Positions 29,163-42,482 of a stretch of DNA of 64,000 nt are shown in pieces. A program made the position numbers and the translations under genes. The stretch lies in NCBI GenBank assembly GCA_030647205.1, contig JAUSJO010000002.1:305771-369770 (forward strand), written 5' to 3'. The notes beneath the pieces are model-generated. The model had not been told where the DNA came from. It was given only the letters and a program-made list of their open reading frames with translations, and did not search any database. Source of the stretch: a bacterium (GTDB taxonomy: Bacteria; Patescibacteriota; CPR2; UBA1875; JAJYID01). The first letter of the stretch is position 1; the number at the start of each line of letters is the position of its first letter.

Positions 29163-31673
29163 ATGGTATTTATTGTTTTAGGAGGGTGTTTTCTTTTATG
29201 TCTTTCGGGACTGGTGGTTTTGTATTTCTACAAAAAAACTAAGGCGTACAAAAAGCAGGTTGAAAGGTCTCTCAAAATTGTTCCTCTTAAAATAACAGTT
29301 CCCAGAGATCTTGGATCAAAGAATATGCAGGGCCAGACGCGTGACGACAGAGAAGCAGCGAAAGAGATTGTATCCTTTATGGAAACTTTTTATGCCAATC
29401 TCTCCACTATTTATAAAAGGGGTTTTAAGAATATTCACAGAAATTTTTTTTATGGTCAAAGGCACCTATCACTTGAAATTATTGCCAAGGACAGGGAAAT
29501 ATTCTTTTATATGGGGGTTCCGGTAATCTTAGTTGATATGGTTGAGAAAATGCTTTCTTCTCAGTATCCTGAAGCATTGATTGAAGAGTCAGAAGAACTG
29601 AATATTTTTTCCGAGGAATGGAAAGAGGTGGGAGTTTGCGGAGGAGAGCTGAAACTGCTAAAGAAATTTATTTATCCTATTAAAACATATAAAAACATTG
29701 ATTCTGAACCTTTGGAGTCTATAACAAATGCTTTAAGTAGAATGAGCCAAGGAGAGGGAGCAGCTATTCAGATGCTTATTCGCCCGGTCAGTGCAAGGAA
29801 GATGGGAGGTGGCCGCTCTGCCGTAAGAAAGTCACAAAACCAAAAAAACAGAGGTAGTATCGCAGGACAGATTATAGATGCGACACTGACAAACGGTCAA
29901 GGTTCTCAATCCCAAGAGCCGGTAAAACTTACGGCAATGGAAGAAGAGGTAAATAAGGCTATTGAAGAAAAGGCGGGGAAACCAGCATTTGAGACGATTA
30001 TCCGATTTGTTGTTTCAACTCAAACACCACATCGCAGCGAGATGATTTTAGCTGAACTCCAAAGTGCCTTTGCCCAGTTCAACGATCAAAATCTAAATGG
30101 TTTCAAATTTGTGAGAGAAAAAAACGTTGATAAACTTGTAACCGACTATATCTTCCGATTTTTTGAACATAAACTCTTTTCTTTAAATAGCGTTTTAGGA
30201 AATTTTCTCGGCCATAAAAGTATTTTAAATACCGAGGAGCTATCCAGCATATTCCACTTACCTAACTATTTGACGCCGTCCCCCGGTATCAATTGGCTCC
30301 CCGCAAAAATGGTTGAGCTTCCATTAAACATTCCACAAGAAGGAACCGTTATCGGTAAGGCTACATATAGAGGAGAGGAAAAAGTGATCCGAGTTTCAGA
30401 TGTTGATAAAAGAAGGCATGTTTATATCCTTGGACAAACCGGTACAGGTAAGTCAAACCTGATGAAGAACATGATAGTTGATGACATTATGCGGGGGAAA
30501 GGCGTTGCTTATATTGACCCGCATGGTCAGGATTTGGAAGATGTTATCAGTAAGATCCCCAAAGAGAGAGCGGAAGATGTAATAATTTTTGACGCCGGTG
30601 ATATTGAAAGGCCGATGGGGCTCAACATATTTGAGGCGGAAACAACCGAACAGAAAGATCTGGTGACAAACGAAGCGCTGGACATCTTGTATAGTTTGTA
30701 TGACCCTAACCATTCCGGCCAAATATTTGGGCCGCGTTTTGACCACTGGTTTAGGAACGCTGCCTTGACTTTGATGGCTGACCCGGCAGGAGGTACATTT
30801 ATAGAAATTCCAACCTTGTTTACTAACGAGAGGTTTTTAGCGGAAAAGTTAAAACATGTTGAAGACCCGATAGTTAGGAGCTTCTGGGTTGATGAGTTCG
30901 CAAATACATCGCAACAGGTTAAGTCTGAGATGTTAAGCTATTTCATCCCCAAGTTTGGTGCTTTCATGACCAATACCACCATGCGAAATATTATGGGTCA
31001 ACCCATTTCCTCATTAAAGTTGAGAGAGATTATGGATAACAAAAAGATACTGCTTGTAAACCTTTCTAAGGGTAGAATCGGCGAAAAAAACATGAAGCTT
31101 TTAGGAATGATTTTTGTTATAAAGCTTCAGGTGGCGGCTATGTCTAGGGCAGATGTTCCTGAGGATCAGAGACAGGACTTCACTCTTTATGTTGATGAGT
31201 TTCAAAACTTTCTTACTGAGTCATTTGCCCAGATACTTTCCGAGGCGCGAAAGTATAGATTTATCCTTGTTGTTGCGAACCAGTTTGTCGGGCAGTTGAC
31301 TGACGAGATCAGAACGGCCGTTTTTGGTAACGTTGGTACGGTGATGTCGTTCAGGGTTGGCCCCGAAGACGGCGAGTACATGGTAAAACAGTTTGAACCT
31401 GTTTTTAATGTTAACGATATGCTTAATATGGAAAATGGATACGCTGTAATAAGACTGATGATAAACGGATATCCATCCAGACCGTTTATAGTGAATCCTA
31501 CGTGGCCGCCTATAGGTGTGTCTAATCCGAAAGTTGGTGAAGCGATAAAGCAGCTTTCAAGACTTAAATATGCAAAACCAAAAGAAATTGTAGATCAAGA
31601 GGTTTTGAGCCGTATGCCGATACAAAGTGCTGGTTCTCAGGAAGCAAGTTCTGGTGATTTGCCAAGATCATAA
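29163..31673 (+). CDS. VirD4/TraD/TrwB-like type IV secretion coupling ATPase
   Basis: N-terminal TM; RRHVYILGQTGTGKS, IDPHG, LLVNLSKG, LYVDEFQN, LSEARKY, ANQF, VFGNVGT..FRVG. Confidence 0.9.
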   Translation: MVFIVLGGCFLLCLSGLVVLYFYKKTKAYKKQVERSLKIVPLKITVPRDLGSKNMQGQTRDDREAAKEIVSFMETFYANLSTIYKRGFKNIHRNFFYGQRHLSLEIIAKDREIFFYMGVPVILVDMVEKMLSSQYPEALIEESEELNIFSEEWKEVGVCGGELKLLKKFIYPIKTYKNIDSEPLESITNALSRMSQGEGAAIQMLIRPVSARKMGGGRSAVRKSQNQKNRGSIAGQIIDATLTNGQGSQSQEPVKLTAMEEEVNKAIEEKAGKPAFETIIRFVVSTQTPHRSEMILAELQSAFAQFNDQNLNGFKFVREKNVDKLVTDYIFRFFEHKLFSLNSVLGNFLGHKSILNTEELSSIFHLPNYLTPSPGINWLPAKMVELPLNIPQEGTVIGKATYRGEEKVIRVSDVDKRRHVYILGQTGTGKSNLMKNMIVDDIMRGKGVAYIDPHGQDLEDVISKIPKERAEDVIIFDAGDIERPMGLNIFEAETTEQKDLVTNEALDILYSLYDPNHSGQIFGPRFDHWFRNAALTLMADPAGGTFIEIPTLFTNERFLAEKLKHVEDPIVRSFWVDEFANTSQQVKSEMLSYFIPKFGAFMTNTTMRNIMGQPISSLKLREIMDNKKILLVNLSKGRIGEKNMKLLGMIFVIKLQVAAMSRADVPEDQRQDFTLYVDEFQNFLTESFAQILSEARKYRFILVVANQFVGQLTDEIRTAVFGNVGTVMSFRVGPEDGEYMVKQFEPVFNVNDMLNMENGYAVIRLMINGYPSRPFIVNPTWPPIGVSNPKVGEAIKQLSRLKYAKPKEIVDQEVLSRMPIQSAGSQEASSGDLPRS

Positions 31674-31826
31674 ATATTGATATTTTCTTTTGTTTTTGTG
31701 CTTTATCCGTGGTAAAATATAGACAGTCCAAGAGGGCTAAATTTTCAAAAAATCTCTCATAGATTAGGGGTGGTTGTAGAACCAAAAAAGACCTTTATAT
31801 AGGTAAAATAGTTGATTTCTGAATAA

Positions 31827-33917
<2,091 letters not shown>

Positions 33918-33930
33918 GGAGTCATAAAAA

Positions 33931-34461
33931 ATGAAAGAATTTACTAACACGCTAGAAGATTTTCAAGAGGAAGGAGTCAAAATGCCAAAAGAACAAGGAA
34001 TACATAAAGTCTCTGTTGAGGAAAACATTGATGAATTATTTGCACTTGACTCAAAAGTTGCGGAAGCCAGTCCGCATTTATTGCCGCTAGAAACACCAGA
34101 AGAACTATCGGATTTCTTAACAAAAGAGCATCAAAGTGATACGTATATTTTCAATAATGAGGAAGGGTTAGCCGGCTATCTTTCAGTAATAGACATCCCT
34201 GATGAGAATGCCCTTGAAGTTTTGAATATAGGAGTTGATCCAAAATTTCAAGGCGAGGGTTATGGAAAAAAGATGATGCTTTTTGCTGAAGAGATTGCGA
34301 AAGAAAACAAAAAACAAAAAATGAAGTTGGTTACGAATGTTAAAAATGATCCAGCTGTTCAGTTTTATAAAAGACTTGGTTATGCTGTTATCAAAGAAGC
34401 AGAAAATTATTACGGTGATGGCGAGACAAGATATATATTAGAAAAGAATTTGGACGTATAA
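33931..34461 (+). CDS. GNAT family N-acetyltransferase (RimI-like) inserted between gyrB and gyrA
   Basis: [33 protein letters not shown]. Confidence 0.9.
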   Translation: MKEFTNTLEDFQEEGVKMPKEQGIHKVSVEENIDELFALDSKVAEASPHLLPLETPEELSDFLTKEHQSDTYIFNNEEGLAGYLSVIDIPDENALEVLNIGVDPKFQGEGYGKKMMLFAEEIAKENKKQKMKLVTNVKNDPAVQFYKRLGYAVIKEAENYYGDGETRYILEKNLDV

Positions 34462-34463
34462 AA

Positions 34464-37229
34464 ATGGCAGACGAAGAAATAAGAGATTTAAATCAAATAG
34501 GAAAAATTGAGGCTCGTGACATCAACGATGAAATGCAGGAGAGCTTTCTTAGCTATGCGATGAGTGTTATTGTTGCTCGAGCACTTCCTGATGTCCGCGA
34601 TGGTATGAAGCCGGTACACAGAAGGATCCTCTATGCGATGGATAAGCTTGGGGTCCGCTCAACGGCTAGATACAAAAAATCAGCAAACATAGTCGGTGAA
34701 GTTTTGGGTAAATATCACCCTCATGGTGATACGGCCGTGTATGAAACCATGGTGAGAATGGCTCAGGAGTGGACATTTAGGTACATGCTCGTTGATGGTC
34801 AGGGAAACTTCGGTTCTATGGATGGCGACTCTGCAGCTGCTTATCGTTATACAGAAGCCAAGATGACGAAGATTTCCGAAGAGCTTTTAGCGGATATCGA
34901 TAAAGATACAATCGATTTTGTGCCGAACTACGACGGTTCGCTGAAAGAGCCGCAAGTATTGCCGGCAAAACTACCAAATCTGCTCTTGAACGGTCAGATT
35001 GGTATTGCTGTTGGTATGGCAACCTCTATCCCGCCGCACAACCTAAACGAACTAGTCGATGCTGTTGGTGAGCTTATAGATAATCCGGATGCAACGATCG
35101 AAGACTTGATCCAGCATGTTAAGGGTCCTGACTTCCCGACAGGTGGTATTATTTACAATACTGATGATATAAAGAACGCCTACGCTACGGGTCGCGGAAA
35201 GATTGTCATTCGCGCCGTTGCCGAGATTGAAGAAAAGAAGAAGGGCGGCTTTAGAATAGTCGTCACTGAGGTGCCATATCAGGTAAACAAGGCAACTTTG
35301 ATTGAAAAAATCGCCGATTTAGTGAAGGAAAAGAGGATACTAGGTATCAGTGATCTTCGGGATGAGTCTGACAGAAATGGTGTCAGGATTGTGGTTGAGC
35401 TTAAAAGGGATGCCCATCCAAACAAGATTTTAAACCAGCTTTTCAAGAAGACGCAGTTGCAGTCGTCTTTCCATGTCAACATGATTGCTCTTGTTGATGG
35501 TCTCCAGCCGAGAATCCTGACGTTGAAAAACGTACTAGAAGAGTTTATAAAACATAGATTTCAAGTTGTTACTCGAAGGACAGAGTTCGAACTTGCTAAG
35601 GCTAAGGCGCGAGCACATATCTTAGAAGGACTTCTTATCGCCTTAAAGAGAATTGATGAAGTTATTGAGACTATCAAAAAGTCGAAGGATAAGGATGTTG
35701 CCAGGGTTAACCTGATGAAGAAATTCAAACTGACGGAAATCCAAGCCCAAGCAATTCTAGATATGAGACTTCAGCAGCTTGCCGGTCTTGAGAGACAGAA
35801 AATCCAAGATGAATATGATGCCCTCCAGAAGCTAATCGCGGAGCTTGAAGATATCCTTGCTCATCCAAAGAAAATTTATGGAATTATCAAAGATGAACTT
35901 GCCGAAATGAAAGAAAAGTATGGTGACGAGAGAAGGACACAGGTGGTAAAAACCGGCATTGGCGACTTTTCCGACAAAGACCTTATTCCGAATGAAGAAG
36001 TGATCGTAACGATGACTAAGGGCAACTACATAAAGAGTATCCCCGTTTCCACTTATCGCGTCCAACAGCGCGGAGGCAAGGGCGTGGTTGGCATGAAAAC
36101 CAAAGAAGAAGACCTTGTAACCCACATGATATTTACAAAGAATCATGATAATATTTTGTTCTTCACAAACAAAGGTCGAGTATTCCAGACGCTTGTGTAT
36201 GAGCTGCCAGTAGCTTCTCGAATAGCCAAGGGTCAGCCGATAGTAAATGTCCTCCAACTGGCACCAGAAGAGGTTGTGACGGCTATTATCAATGTTCCTG
36301 ACCAGAAAGAGAACAAATATCTGATGATGGCGACAAAGAAAGGAACCATAAAGAAAACTCCACTGGATAGCTTCTTGAATATCAGAAAAACGGGTATTAT
36401 CGCCATTGGTCTTGATAAAAATGATGAACTCAAATGGGTAAAAATGACAGATGGCGCAAGCGATATAATACTTGCAACCAAGAATTCATTGGCTATCAGA
36501 TTTAATGAAAAAGATGTCCGTCCGATGGGCAGATCAGCTCGCGGAGTACGCGGAATCAGACTAAAATCAGACGATGAAGTAGTCGGAATGGATCCGATAG
36601 TTCCAGACGGAGAGTTGCTGGTTGTTATGGAAAATGGATATGGAAAGAGAACAAAGCTTGAGCAGTTTACTTCACATAGGCGGGGCGGTATTGGTATAAA
36701 AGCTGGCGTTGTAACAAAGAAAACCGGACGAACAGTTGATGTTCGGGTGATCTCGGGCGACAACAATGATCTAGTTGTAGTTTCCAGAAATGGGGTTATT
36801 ATCAGAACGCCGCTCGCTAAAATTTCAAAGATCGGTCGCGCGACTCAAGGTGTCAGAATTATGAGAATTGATGAAAGCGATAGGGTTGCGTCAGTGGCTT
36901 GTATCGAAGAAAGAGAAGAAGAAAGCAACCAGCAAGAGATTCCTCTAGACATAGATTCTACTCCAAAGACAGAAAGACAAGACCCAAAAAATGATAAATC
37001 AGAGCAAAAAGAAATTGTCAAAACTGTGACAAAAAAAGAGCCGACTTCTCAAAAACCTGTAGCTCAAAAAAGTCCAAAAGTGAAAACTGCGACTCCAAAA
37101 ACTATCACTAAAAAAACGGCTAAATCAGATGTTGCTTTCAAGAAAACGGCTGTAAAATCTACTGTCAAAAAGAGTAAAGATTCGGCCGCTGGTTTCAAAA
37201 GAACTCAAGTGAAACCCAAGAAAAAATAA
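34464..37229 (+). CDS. gyrA: DNA gyrase subunit A
   Basis: [37 protein letters not shown], GyrA-box QQRGGKG, CTD pinwheel repeats. Confidence 0.99.
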   Translation: MADEEIRDLNQIGKIEARDINDEMQESFLSYAMSVIVARALPDVRDGMKPVHRRILYAMDKLGVRSTARYKKSANIVGEVLGKYHPHGDTAVYETMVRMAQEWTFRYMLVDGQGNFGSMDGDSAAAYRYTEAKMTKISEELLADIDKDTIDFVPNYDGSLKEPQVLPAKLPNLLLNGQIGIAVGMATSIPPHNLNELVDAVGELIDNPDATIEDLIQHVKGPDFPTGGIIYNTDDIKNAYATGRGKIVIRAVAEIEEKKKGGFRIVVTEVPYQVNKATLIEKIADLVKEKRILGISDLRDESDRNGVRIVVELKRDAHPNKILNQLFKKTQLQSSFHVNMIALVDGLQPRILTLKNVLEEFIKHRFQVVTRRTEFELAKAKARAHILEGLLIALKRIDEVIETIKKSKDKDVARVNLMKKFKLTEIQAQAILDMRLQQLAGLERQKIQDEYDALQKLIAELEDILAHPKKIYGIIKDELAEMKEKYGDERRTQVVKTGIGDFSDKDLIPNEEVIVTMTKGNYIKSIPVSTYRVQQRGGKGVVGMKTKEEDLVTHMIFTKNHDNILFFTNKGRVFQTLVYELPVASRIAKGQPIVNVLQLAPEEVVTAIINVPDQKENKYLMMATKKGTIKKTPLDSFLNIRKTGIIAIGLDKNDELKWVKMTDGASDIILATKNSLAIRFNEKDVRPMGRSARGVRGIRLKSDDEVVGMDPIVPDGELLVVMENGYGKRTKLEQFTSHRRGGIGIKAGVVTKKTGRTVDVRVISGDNNDLVVVSRNGVIIRTPLAKISKIGRATQGVRIMRIDESDRVASVACIEEREEESNQQEIPLDIDSTPKTERQDPKNDKSEQKEIVKTVTKKEPTSQKPVAQKSPKVKTATPKTITKKTAKSDVAFKKTAVKSTVKKSKDSAAGFKRTQVKPKKK

Positions 37230-37351
37230 GAATTTTATTGACTTTTTTTCTTAGTAACTTTATCATCGTTATACCTTTACTTCTTTGGGCTAAAAAGTTC
37301 AAGGGAGATGAAAAAACAAAAATCAAAAGCAGGAAAAAATAAGAAATATTT

Positions 37352-37559
37352 GGAAAGTGAAGCTATGCTCTATGGGGGCGCCGATACAGTTACGGTAAGC
37401 AGATGGTCACAGGTGTCTATGGGGCGGTACGAAATATTTTGCTTTAACATAAGCACATTTCGTCAAGCTAGTGGTGAAACCGATCACGTTTCCTCGAGTT
37501 TAATTTGTCTTTTTTGACACAAGAATTATTCTGGAGGGAGGGTGATCGGTTTTAGTTTT
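37352..37559 (+). ncRNA. c-di-GMP-II-like riboswitch (expanded variant) with competing intrinsic terminator
   Basis: P1 GGAAAGUGA/UCACGUUUCC; P2 GCUA/UAGU; P3 UGCUCUAU..GGGCGCC/GGUGUCU.AUGGGGCG; loop UGG-UCAC pseudoknots with GUGA-AA-CCG; 3' AGCUAGUGGUGAAACCGA resembles class II AGUUAGUAGUGCAACCGA; terminator AAACCGAUCAC/GUGAUCGGUUUU. Confidence 0.65.
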
Positions 37560-37648
37560 GGCTAAAAACGAGTTTCCAAATATCGTTCTAACAACTTTAT
37601 AAATAACAAAAGAAAATCAAAAACCGGAGGGACTAAGAAGAGGAGAAA

Positions 37649-39157
37649 ATGAGTAAACTAATAAATAAATTTAAAAAGAAAGTGGTAGTACTTGCGAGTG
37701 TGATGCTTGTCTTGCAGCCGCTTTTGGGACTGGCAGTTTTGCCGGCAAATACATTGGCTGCAGATCCTTGTATAGGTCTAAACAGCGACGTTGTCATCAA
37801 TGAAGTTTATGTTGATGCTACCGCTGCCAACGATAATGATAGTGAGTTTATTGAACTATACAATAACTCTGCTAGCTCTTGCGTTGATATTAGCGGATGG
37901 AAGATTCAGACTGATGGTGGTGGTGTTGCCGATGCTACATTGCCAGCAAGTACGAAAATATCTGCACAGGGTTATTATTTAATAGCTGATAATGGTTGGG
38001 CGGCTTCTAGAGATAATATGTCATGGCCGCTTGCCGATAATGATGAGTATGAATTAGACCTCAATAATTCAGACGCTGGGATTGCTCTGGTTGATGACTC
38101 TGCGGAGCCAGTTGTAATAGATGCAGTTGGATATGGAACACCGGCTGAAATATGGGGCGGTTTCGAGGGAACGACTCCAATGGCAAATGCTGACGTAGTA
38201 AATCCTAATAGTATTGCGAGGATTCCTGCCGGTACTGATACTGACGAAAATTCAGATGACTTCTTTCCTGGTACTCCAACACCAAAGAGTTCAGATATCG
38301 TTGCGCCGGTTGTTACTGGAGTGGAAGACGAGAAATATTATAGTGATAGTGTAACTCCTGTATTTACCGAAGGAACCGGTACTCTATCTCAAGATGGTGG
38401 TCCGGCAGATCCATTTACAAGCGGAACATCGGTCACTTCAGAAGGATCCTACGTTTTAACTGTAACTGATGCAGCAGGGAATGCGACAACTGTAAATTTC
38501 GTAATTGACACAACTAAGCCGGCATTTACCTCAACAGTTACTCCGAAGATTGCCGGGCCGGGTGTAAAAACAGTTGATATTACAATTACTACGAATGAAC
38601 CGTTAAAATCTCAGGTTGGACCAGAAGGAGCGTATGAACTTATGTTAGTCATCAACGAACCGGGTGGTACTCTGACTACTGTATACCTCAATCATGACAT
38701 AAGCGACCCGACAGGGAAGACATTTACATATGCTTATACAATCCAAACCGCTGGCAAAAAACATGTTTCAATGAACGTTGGTGGAACTAACTTGGCTGGT
38801 CTTGGTAATTTCGGATCTGCAGTAGATGGTTTCGATATTGACAATATTGTTCTCTCGCCGGTAGTTACTACTCCTACAACTTCTGTAGTTACTGCGGTTG
38901 CGACTGTACCGGTTGATGAGCAGTTTGGTGGTGGTTCTTCTTCTGATCAGGGTGAAGTGAAAGCAGATACAACCATAAAGACAGACGATGGAAGCAAGAC
39001 CGATGATAGCAATCAGCAAAAAGATGATGTAAAGGGTAAAAAGAATATTCCACTTTGGGGTATCATATTCTTACTTATCCTAGCTGGGATTGGCGGTTAC
39101 CTCTTCTACTCACAAAATCCTGATAAGCCTTCCGGTAGATCAAACGGAAAGAAGTAA
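37649..39157 (+). CDS. Secreted, C-terminally membrane-anchored protein with lamin tail domain (LTD) and Ig-like domains
   Basis: Signal peptide; VVINEV...EFIELYN....DISGW, LNNSD, IDAVGYG, SIAR, PTP; TDAAGN Ig units; C-terminal TM + basic tail. Confidence 0.9.
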   Translation: MSKLINKFKKKVVVLASVMLVLQPLLGLAVLPANTLAADPCIGLNSDVVINEVYVDATAANDNDSEFIELYNNSASSCVDISGWKIQTDGGGVADATLPASTKISAQGYYLIADNGWAASRDNMSWPLADNDEYELDLNNSDAGIALVDDSAEPVVIDAVGYGTPAEIWGGFEGTTPMANADVVNPNSIARIPAGTDTDENSDDFFPGTPTPKSSDIVAPVVTGVEDEKYYSDSVTPVFTEGTGTLSQDGGPADPFTSGTSVTSEGSYVLTVTDAAGNATTVNFVIDTTKPAFTSTVTPKIAGPGVKTVDITITTNEPLKSQVGPEGAYELMLVINEPGGTLTTVYLNHDISDPTGKTFTYAYTIQTAGKKHVSMNVGGTNLAGLGNFGSAVDGFDIDNIVLSPVVTTPTTSVVTAVATVPVDEQFGGGSSSDQGEVKADTTIKTDDGSKTDDSNQQKDDVKGKKNIPLWGIIFLLILAGIGGYLFYSQNPDKPSGRSNGKK

Positions 39158-39174
39158 AGGACAGAAATTCTTCT

Positions 39175-39204
39175 AAAAAAGACCCGAACCATCGGGTCTT
39201 TTTT
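39175..39204 (+). terminator. Intrinsic terminator
   Basis: AAAAAAGACCCGA-ACCA-TCGGGTCTTTTTT. Confidence 0.9.
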
Positions 39205-39276
39205 ATCTTTCCAGTGCTAAAATTGAAACTTAAATCTTTACTTGCTGACAGAAGCTTTTTAGCATATAATTTTTAC

Positions 39277-39456
39277 ATGGAAAATGATAAGAAAAAACAA
39301 ACCGAAGATTCTCAAGAAGAAGATGGTCAAGAGCTTTGTCCGAAGTGCGGTAATATCATGGTTGACGAGGGAGGAGACAAGACTTGTTCCAGCTGCTCAG
39401 AGGATATAGATTTTTTTGGCGAGGACGAGGAACCCGATCAAGATCAACCAACTTAA
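39277..39456 (+). CDS. Small acidic Zn-ribbon protein
   Basis: CPKC...CSSC; TATAAT 6 nt before ATG 39277. Confidence 0.65.
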   Translation: MENDKKKQTEDSQEEDGQELCPKCGNIMVDEGGDKTCSSCSEDIDFFGEDEEPDQDQPT

Positions 39457-39492
39457 AAAATAAAGCTTTAGCGCGGGAAGCGAAGCATGTAG

Positions 39493-41154
39493 ATGGAGGG
39501 TAATATGGATGAAGAGGAAAAATCTTTATTTCATAACAGAATTTTTCAAATTAGCGTCATAGTATTTTGCATTTTGGTTTTAATTGGTCTCATTGGTACA
39601 GTATATTTGTTGGTCTCTAAAAATTCTAAAAATGTTCAGACAAAGAAGGTAGAGAAAGAAATAGACAATCTGAAGGTAGGGTTGTCGGACGATTATACCG
39701 CTGAAGATATAGGGCCAACTAAGAACTATGATCAAAACTCATATATTTTTAGAAACGTTTACGATTCATTAGTTTCATATAGCGAAGATGGAAAGCTGAT
39801 GCCCGATCTTGCAACCAGCTGGACAAATCCAGATGATACTACATGGAGATTTGTTTTAAGGAAAGATGTAAAGTTTTCCGATGGCAAAGATTTCACTGCG
39901 GATGACGTGAGATATACATTCGATGCCATAAAAGCTGATAAAGAAAGTCAGCTGAATGATTATTTCTCCGAAATAACAGAGGTGAATGCGGTGAGTTCGG
40001 ATGAAGTTGAAATAAGAACAGCGAGTCCGGCTCCTTACCTTATATCTAAACTATCCTATCTCCTGATAGTCCCAAATGGCTCAAAGAATATAACGTTGGC
40101 GAATACACCGGGGACTGGGCCGTTTACCTATAATAATCAGGAGACCGTCAGTAAAAAACAGTTGGTTTTAAGTAGAAACAAAAGTTACTGGGGAGATAAG
40201 CCAAAAGTTGGAAAAGTCACAATCTCAATTTATCCCGAGGATGAGGATGAGAAGCAGAAGATTGAAGATTTCAAGCAGGGGAAAACACAGATCATTGACA
40301 CGCGCTTGAAGGAAAGTGTAGAGGCGATGTCTGGTGCTGCCAATGTAAAAAATTTATTTGTTAACGAGAACGCGGTCTATTATTTGATATTAAATAATAA
40401 CGAAAAAGCTCAGGAGTATGTTAGCGTTTCTCCAAACCCTCTTAAAGATAAACGAGTGAGGTTGGCTATGTGGGAGGCCCTTGATACAGATGGTCTGATA
40501 AAAGAAACCATGAATGGCATAGCGGTGCCTGCAGACCAGGTAGTCACAAAACAAACATTTGGCTTTAACCCGGGCATTAAAAGGCCTGAATACAACTTGG
40601 ACGATGCAAAGAAAATAATGGAGGAAAGCGGTAACGAAAAGGGGTTCAAGCTGAAGCTTTTAATCGGTGGCAGTAGGAAGGATGTTGGTGAATATATTCA
40701 AAAGTCATGGAAAAATATTGGTATTGATGTTGAGCTAGAGATACAGCCAGAATCCGATTATTTAGATAAGTTTATGGCTCATGATTTTGGAGTTGGTTTT
40801 ATAAGCTGGTCTGAGGACTCGATGGATGGCCAAAATACGCTCCTTACGCTTTTTGGTGATAATGATCAGAATATGGGGTCATTCAAAGACCAGCCATTGG
40901 CAAAAATAATGACAGATCTTTCGGGTGAAACAAACCAGAGAAACAGACAGAAACTTATTCAGGAAGGGCTCAAGATTATTAGGGATGAGGCCCCGGTTAT
41001 TCCTCTCTATTCGAAAAAAATAAACTGGTTTACTGCGGAGGGTGTAGACTGGCAGCCACCAGAAACAATGGATGTATATTTTAGAAACGCTAAAGAAGTT
41101 ACAGAGGTTAAGGTTAAGCCATCGAGTTTCTTTTCTAAACTGAAGTTTTGGTAA
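39493..41154 (+). CDS. ABC-type substrate-binding protein, family 5 (Opp/Dpp-like), TM-anchored
   Basis: VYDSLV, PDLATSW, LRKDVKFSDG..FTADDV, GTGPF, PLKDKRVRLA, P..PLY. Confidence 0.93.
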   Translation: MEGNMDEEEKSLFHNRIFQISVIVFCILVLIGLIGTVYLLVSKNSKNVQTKKVEKEIDNLKVGLSDDYTAEDIGPTKNYDQNSYIFRNVYDSLVSYSEDGKLMPDLATSWTNPDDTTWRFVLRKDVKFSDGKDFTADDVRYTFDAIKADKESQLNDYFSEITEVNAVSSDEVEIRTASPAPYLISKLSYLLIVPNGSKNITLANTPGTGPFTYNNQETVSKKQLVLSRNKSYWGDKPKVGKVTISIYPEDEDEKQKIEDFKQGKTQIIDTRLKESVEAMSGAANVKNLFVNENAVYYLILNNNEKAQEYVSVSPNPLKDKRVRLAMWEALDTDGLIKETMNGIAVPADQVVTKQTFGFNPGIKRPEYNLDDAKKIMEESGNEKGFKLKLLIGGSRKDVGEYIQKSWKNIGIDVELEIQPESDYLDKFMAHDFGVGFISWSEDSMDGQNTLLTLFGDNDQNMGSFKDQPLAKIMTDLSGETNQRNRQKLIQEGLKIIRDEAPVIPLYSKKINWFTAEGVDWQPPETMDVYFRNAKEVTEVKVKPSSFFSKLKFW

Positions 41155-41159
41155 AGGAT

Positions 41160-42482
41160 ATGGCTACCTCTAGAGATATTAAGGGGACAAACTGGCTAGT
41201 AGTAATCGCGCTTTGCATTGTGTTTATTTTTTCTAACTTGATATCACTATTTGTTTACAGTCAGATAAAAAACGATCTATATAAAAATAAAGAAGCAGCA
41301 GTGGTGTCTTCCGGCAAAGTTCTCAACCGTTATGTAATAGATACTTACGAGCTCTACTTTAACTCAGGAACTTTGAAATTTCAGGAGGTCATGGATAATA
41401 TAAATGATCTCAATAATGATTTTTTTAGTTTTCAGATTATTACAGTTGATGGAAATATCCTTTTTGATTCTCAGTTTAATGATATAAAAAATAATGACAA
41501 ATTCAACAAGTCGGATCTTGACTCAAATGTTTTAGGCTCTACCGGAGTATACGTTAAAAACAAAGGAAGTCGGATCAGTTATATTGTCATTCCTCATATC
41601 GATGATTGGGGCAACCATAAATATTCAGTTAAGTATGTTGTCAATTACCAAGATGTTAATGAAAAGCTGGATAGGTATCTCATTACACTTTTTATTATTA
41701 CCGCAGGTGTGAATATTATAGCGGTGTTTGTTCTGGCCCTTTTTTCTTACAATGAAAAATATAGACTAGAGAAGGCACGTATCAATGACCTTTCAAATGT
41801 AAATAGGCTTAAAGATGAATTCATGACTTTAGTTTCTCATAATCTAAGGACACCACTCTCTGTGATAAAGGGATATATGTCATTTATTTCTGACCCAAAG
41901 ACTCCCAAGGGTGAGCTCAAAGATGACATTAACGAGATGGAAGAGGGAGTGCAGAGGTTTTCTTCATTAGTCGAGGACATCGTATTTGCAACTAGCATCC
42001 TTAGCGGAGAAGAAAAATTTGCAAATGAGGAGGTAGATTTGGACAAGATGGTTAGGGAAATAAGATTAAGATATGATGACCAGATTAGAACTAAAAAACT
42101 GCAGTTTCACTATACGTTGGAAGGTGGAGGGACATTCGCTGGCGATAAAAAAGCAATTGGTAAGATTTTTGATAACTTGGTTGAGAATGCAGTCAAGTTT
42201 GACGTGGAAAACGGGAGTATAGAGGTAAGGGTAGAAAATAATTCAGAACTCAAAATTGTCGTATCAGATACGGGAGTTGGGATAGACAGTGAAAGGCTGG
42301 ATAGTATCGTTGGTTTCTTCCATCGTGGAAGTGATGTCCTTAACTATAATTTCGAGGGAGAAGGTCTTGGTCTTTATTTGACCAATTTAATTGTAAAACA
42401 TTATAATGGACAAATGCATGTGACAAGTGAGAAAGATAAAGGGTCAACTTTTGAGGTAACTTTAAAGAAAGAGAACAAATGA
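41160..42482 (+). CDS. Sensor histidine kinase (2 TM, HisKA + HATPase)
   Basis: SHNLRTPL, NLVENAVKF, DTGVGI, GEGLGL, GSTF. Confidence 0.95.
   Translation: MATSRDIKGTNWLVVIALCIVFIFSNLISLFVYSQIKNDLYKNKEAAVVSSGKVLNRYVIDTYELYFNSGTLKFQEVMDNINDLNNDFFSFQIITVDGNILFDSQFNDIKNNDKFNKSDLDSNVLGSTGVYVKNKGSRISYIVIPHIDDWGNHKYSVKYVVNYQDVNEKLDRYLITLFIITAGVNIIAVFVLALFSYNEKYRLEKARINDLSNVNRLKDEFMTLVSHNLRTPLSVIKGYMSFISDPKTPKGELKDDINEMEEGVQRFSSLVEDIVFATSILSGEEKFANEEVDLDKMVREIRLRYDDQIRTKKLQFHYTLEGGGTFAGDKKAIGKIFDNLVENAVKFDVENGSIEVRVENNSELKIVVSDTGVGIDSERLDSIVGFFHRGSDVLNYNFEGEGLGLYLTNLIVKHYNGQMHVTSEKDKGSTFEVTLKKENK

Noticed and set aside
37308-37517. 69-aa ORF upstream of the LTD protein
   Set aside because: It overlaps the structured riboswitch-like leader and has no recognisable protein features; a leader-peptide role cannot be fully excluded
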